The position numbers and the translations under genes were made by a program. From Raillietiella orientalis (Eukaryota): 64,000 nucleotides of DNA. The stretch spans positions 1,674,001 to 1,738,000 of the forward strand of contig JAYWIR010000031.1 in the NCBI GenBank assembly GCA_036172245.1, read 5' to 3'. The notes beneath the pieces are model-generated. The model was not told the origin of the DNA. It ran no database searches and saw nothing but the letters and a program-made list of their open reading frames with translations. This document shows, piece after piece, positions 62,230-64,000 of the stretch. The stretch's first letter is position 1. Each line of letters begins with the position of its first letter.

Positions 62230-62830
62230 ATGTCAGTGAGCCCGAGTTGGATGCCTCCCAGCATTTTCGCCTTTTACTTAAGTTCCTTAGCGGTGCACTT
62301 ACTCAAAGACGTTGAAGACCTTGATGGGCTTCGTGTTTCGGTCCCTTCCGAGTATTTCCTGTACGAATTCTTCATCTCAAGGCGACTTGACCTCGGTACT
62401 TCGATCTTTGGAATCTGTCACACATCGCTTTCAGCATCTGCCCCCGTATATCTCTGTAATTCCGCAGTGCCATGGATTGAATAGGCTTGCCATGCGCCAT
62501 TTTCAATTTTCTGCTCCCAGTCAAAGGCAGCTGCGCCTGCTTCGTCTTCACTGAAAGAATCTTTAGCGCACATACTTTTTCTTGACGCGAAAGACGGAAC
62601 CACGTTGTCTCGGTGCCGGCAGACGAAAGTACCCAATTCCGTAAGATGCTTCCAGAGCACACTCGCAATGATTTCACTCAGTGACTCCAGGAAGGCCCCA
62701 TATGAACCTAGGGAAAAGGCATTCATTCGTCACTGTGTCGAGCCATACTAACAGTGGCGTCATCCTTTTCCGTACCGAAAGGGGAAAAAGCCCGTTCGAG
62801 AGAATCGCAGAGACCACGACCTCTGAATCG
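62230..62830 (-). mobile_element. Decayed LINE RT fragment
   Basis: NGLFPLSVRKRMTPLL, ESLSEIIASVLWKHL and AAAFDWEQKIENGAW resemble RT motifs 1-3. Confidence 0.35.
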
Positions 62831-64000
62831 GCTACAGATTGCGCTTTGCCCACAGGGCGTTCACGCGCTCTTCGTCGCCAAAAATCCAGACCGTTCCGGT
62901 GCAGCACTCACCTGGGACCGCATCTTCCGAGCCTCTGCCGAAGAGCGGAGAGAATCCCAAGGTCACTCTGCCACGACGTTTTCCCCCCGTCCGGAAGCTT
63001 CGCTTCGAAATTTGCGAAATGAGGGTCCTCGGCACTGAGCCCTTCGGAGTCCGCAGTACATCTCCATCTTTGCCACCTCCCCAGTGACGATCTCTGAACT
63101 GAGGAATGGGAAGGAGGACGCTCGGAGCGCACTGCGGGGGAATGCAGGCCCACTCGCGCACACACTCAGGTTCTTGCAGGTGGGTCCACCTGTGCCCACT
63201 GTTGGGCGCAGATGCAGCCATTCCTTGCCGGAATGCTCTCTGCGCCTGTTGCGAAGTCCGAAAGGAGCTCCCGGGAGTCGGAAAGCACGCTGTCACGCAG
63301 GGCAGCGTGCAACTCGAACTCAAGACAAAGCTCCCTTTTTTCCACGAACGTTCCTTCCTCCTTTCCTCTTTCGGAGGAAGAGGAAGATGGATGATCCGTT
63401 CGGCCGCGTCTCGAGTCAGAGATGGTGGCTCGTGACACGATAGCAACACAGGTGGAAGAACGCGCGCCTCCGGAGGCTGCATCCCATCTTTTTTTATTAT
63501 CACTATTTTTCTTCATTGCAAGCGTGAAACGGATCCTCTTCATCACCTACGTGCTTCCTTCATCTGTCCCAAGAGTTTCAAATTCATCTCACTCCGTCGG
63601 ACCGATTACACCGGAGGAGAAATTCGCTATTTTGACAAATATGATTAATAGGAGCACGTGAAAATGTTCGAGTATTCTTTCAATACATTGTATTTATGTT
63701 CAGGGGAGGTTTCACAGGACGTGGGAATTAGGAACCGCTAATCTCCGACCATGGGATTCGTAAAAATATTCGTAAAGCAGTAAATTTCCGAAATTTGGAT
63801 GGCAGCCATCAGAATTCTTATCGGTGCTCCCCCTAGCAGTGTTTAGTGAGCACGCGGAAGACGAGCTAACACCGGTGAATGCAACGTTCGAGGAGTCTGC
63901 TGCGAACAGATAGCATTCTGGATCGCAGGGGATGATGACAAAGGAGATGTGCGCAGCGAATTTTGCTTGAAAACCTTCTAGCTGCGTGTTTCATCCCCCT

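Overview
Eukaryotic genomic DNA, probably from an arthropod (inferred from the channel subtype); no prokaryotic features. One gene is clearly supported: a two-exon two-pore-domain potassium channel (K2P/TWK-like, about 424 aa). Its coding exons (10399-10966 and 36242-36948, + strand) are joined across a 25.3-kb phase-1 intron that splits the first selectivity filter (TIG|FGN). About 1 kb upstream on the same strand lies a probable spliced orphan gene (8247-9385) with an N-terminal hydrophobic segment. Most other sequence is a graveyard of decayed non-LTR retrotransposons, both RLE-type (Utopia/NeSL-like and R4/Dong-like 3' ends) and APE/RT-type LINE fragments. A long tRNA-headed SINE-like family has three clear copies and one likely partial copy. 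A divergent U6-snRNA-like sequence sits at 53474-53575. There are also several perfect hairpins and inverted repeat pairs. Retroelement calls rest on by-eye motif matching in frameshifted sequence and their boundaries are approximate. No database searches were run.
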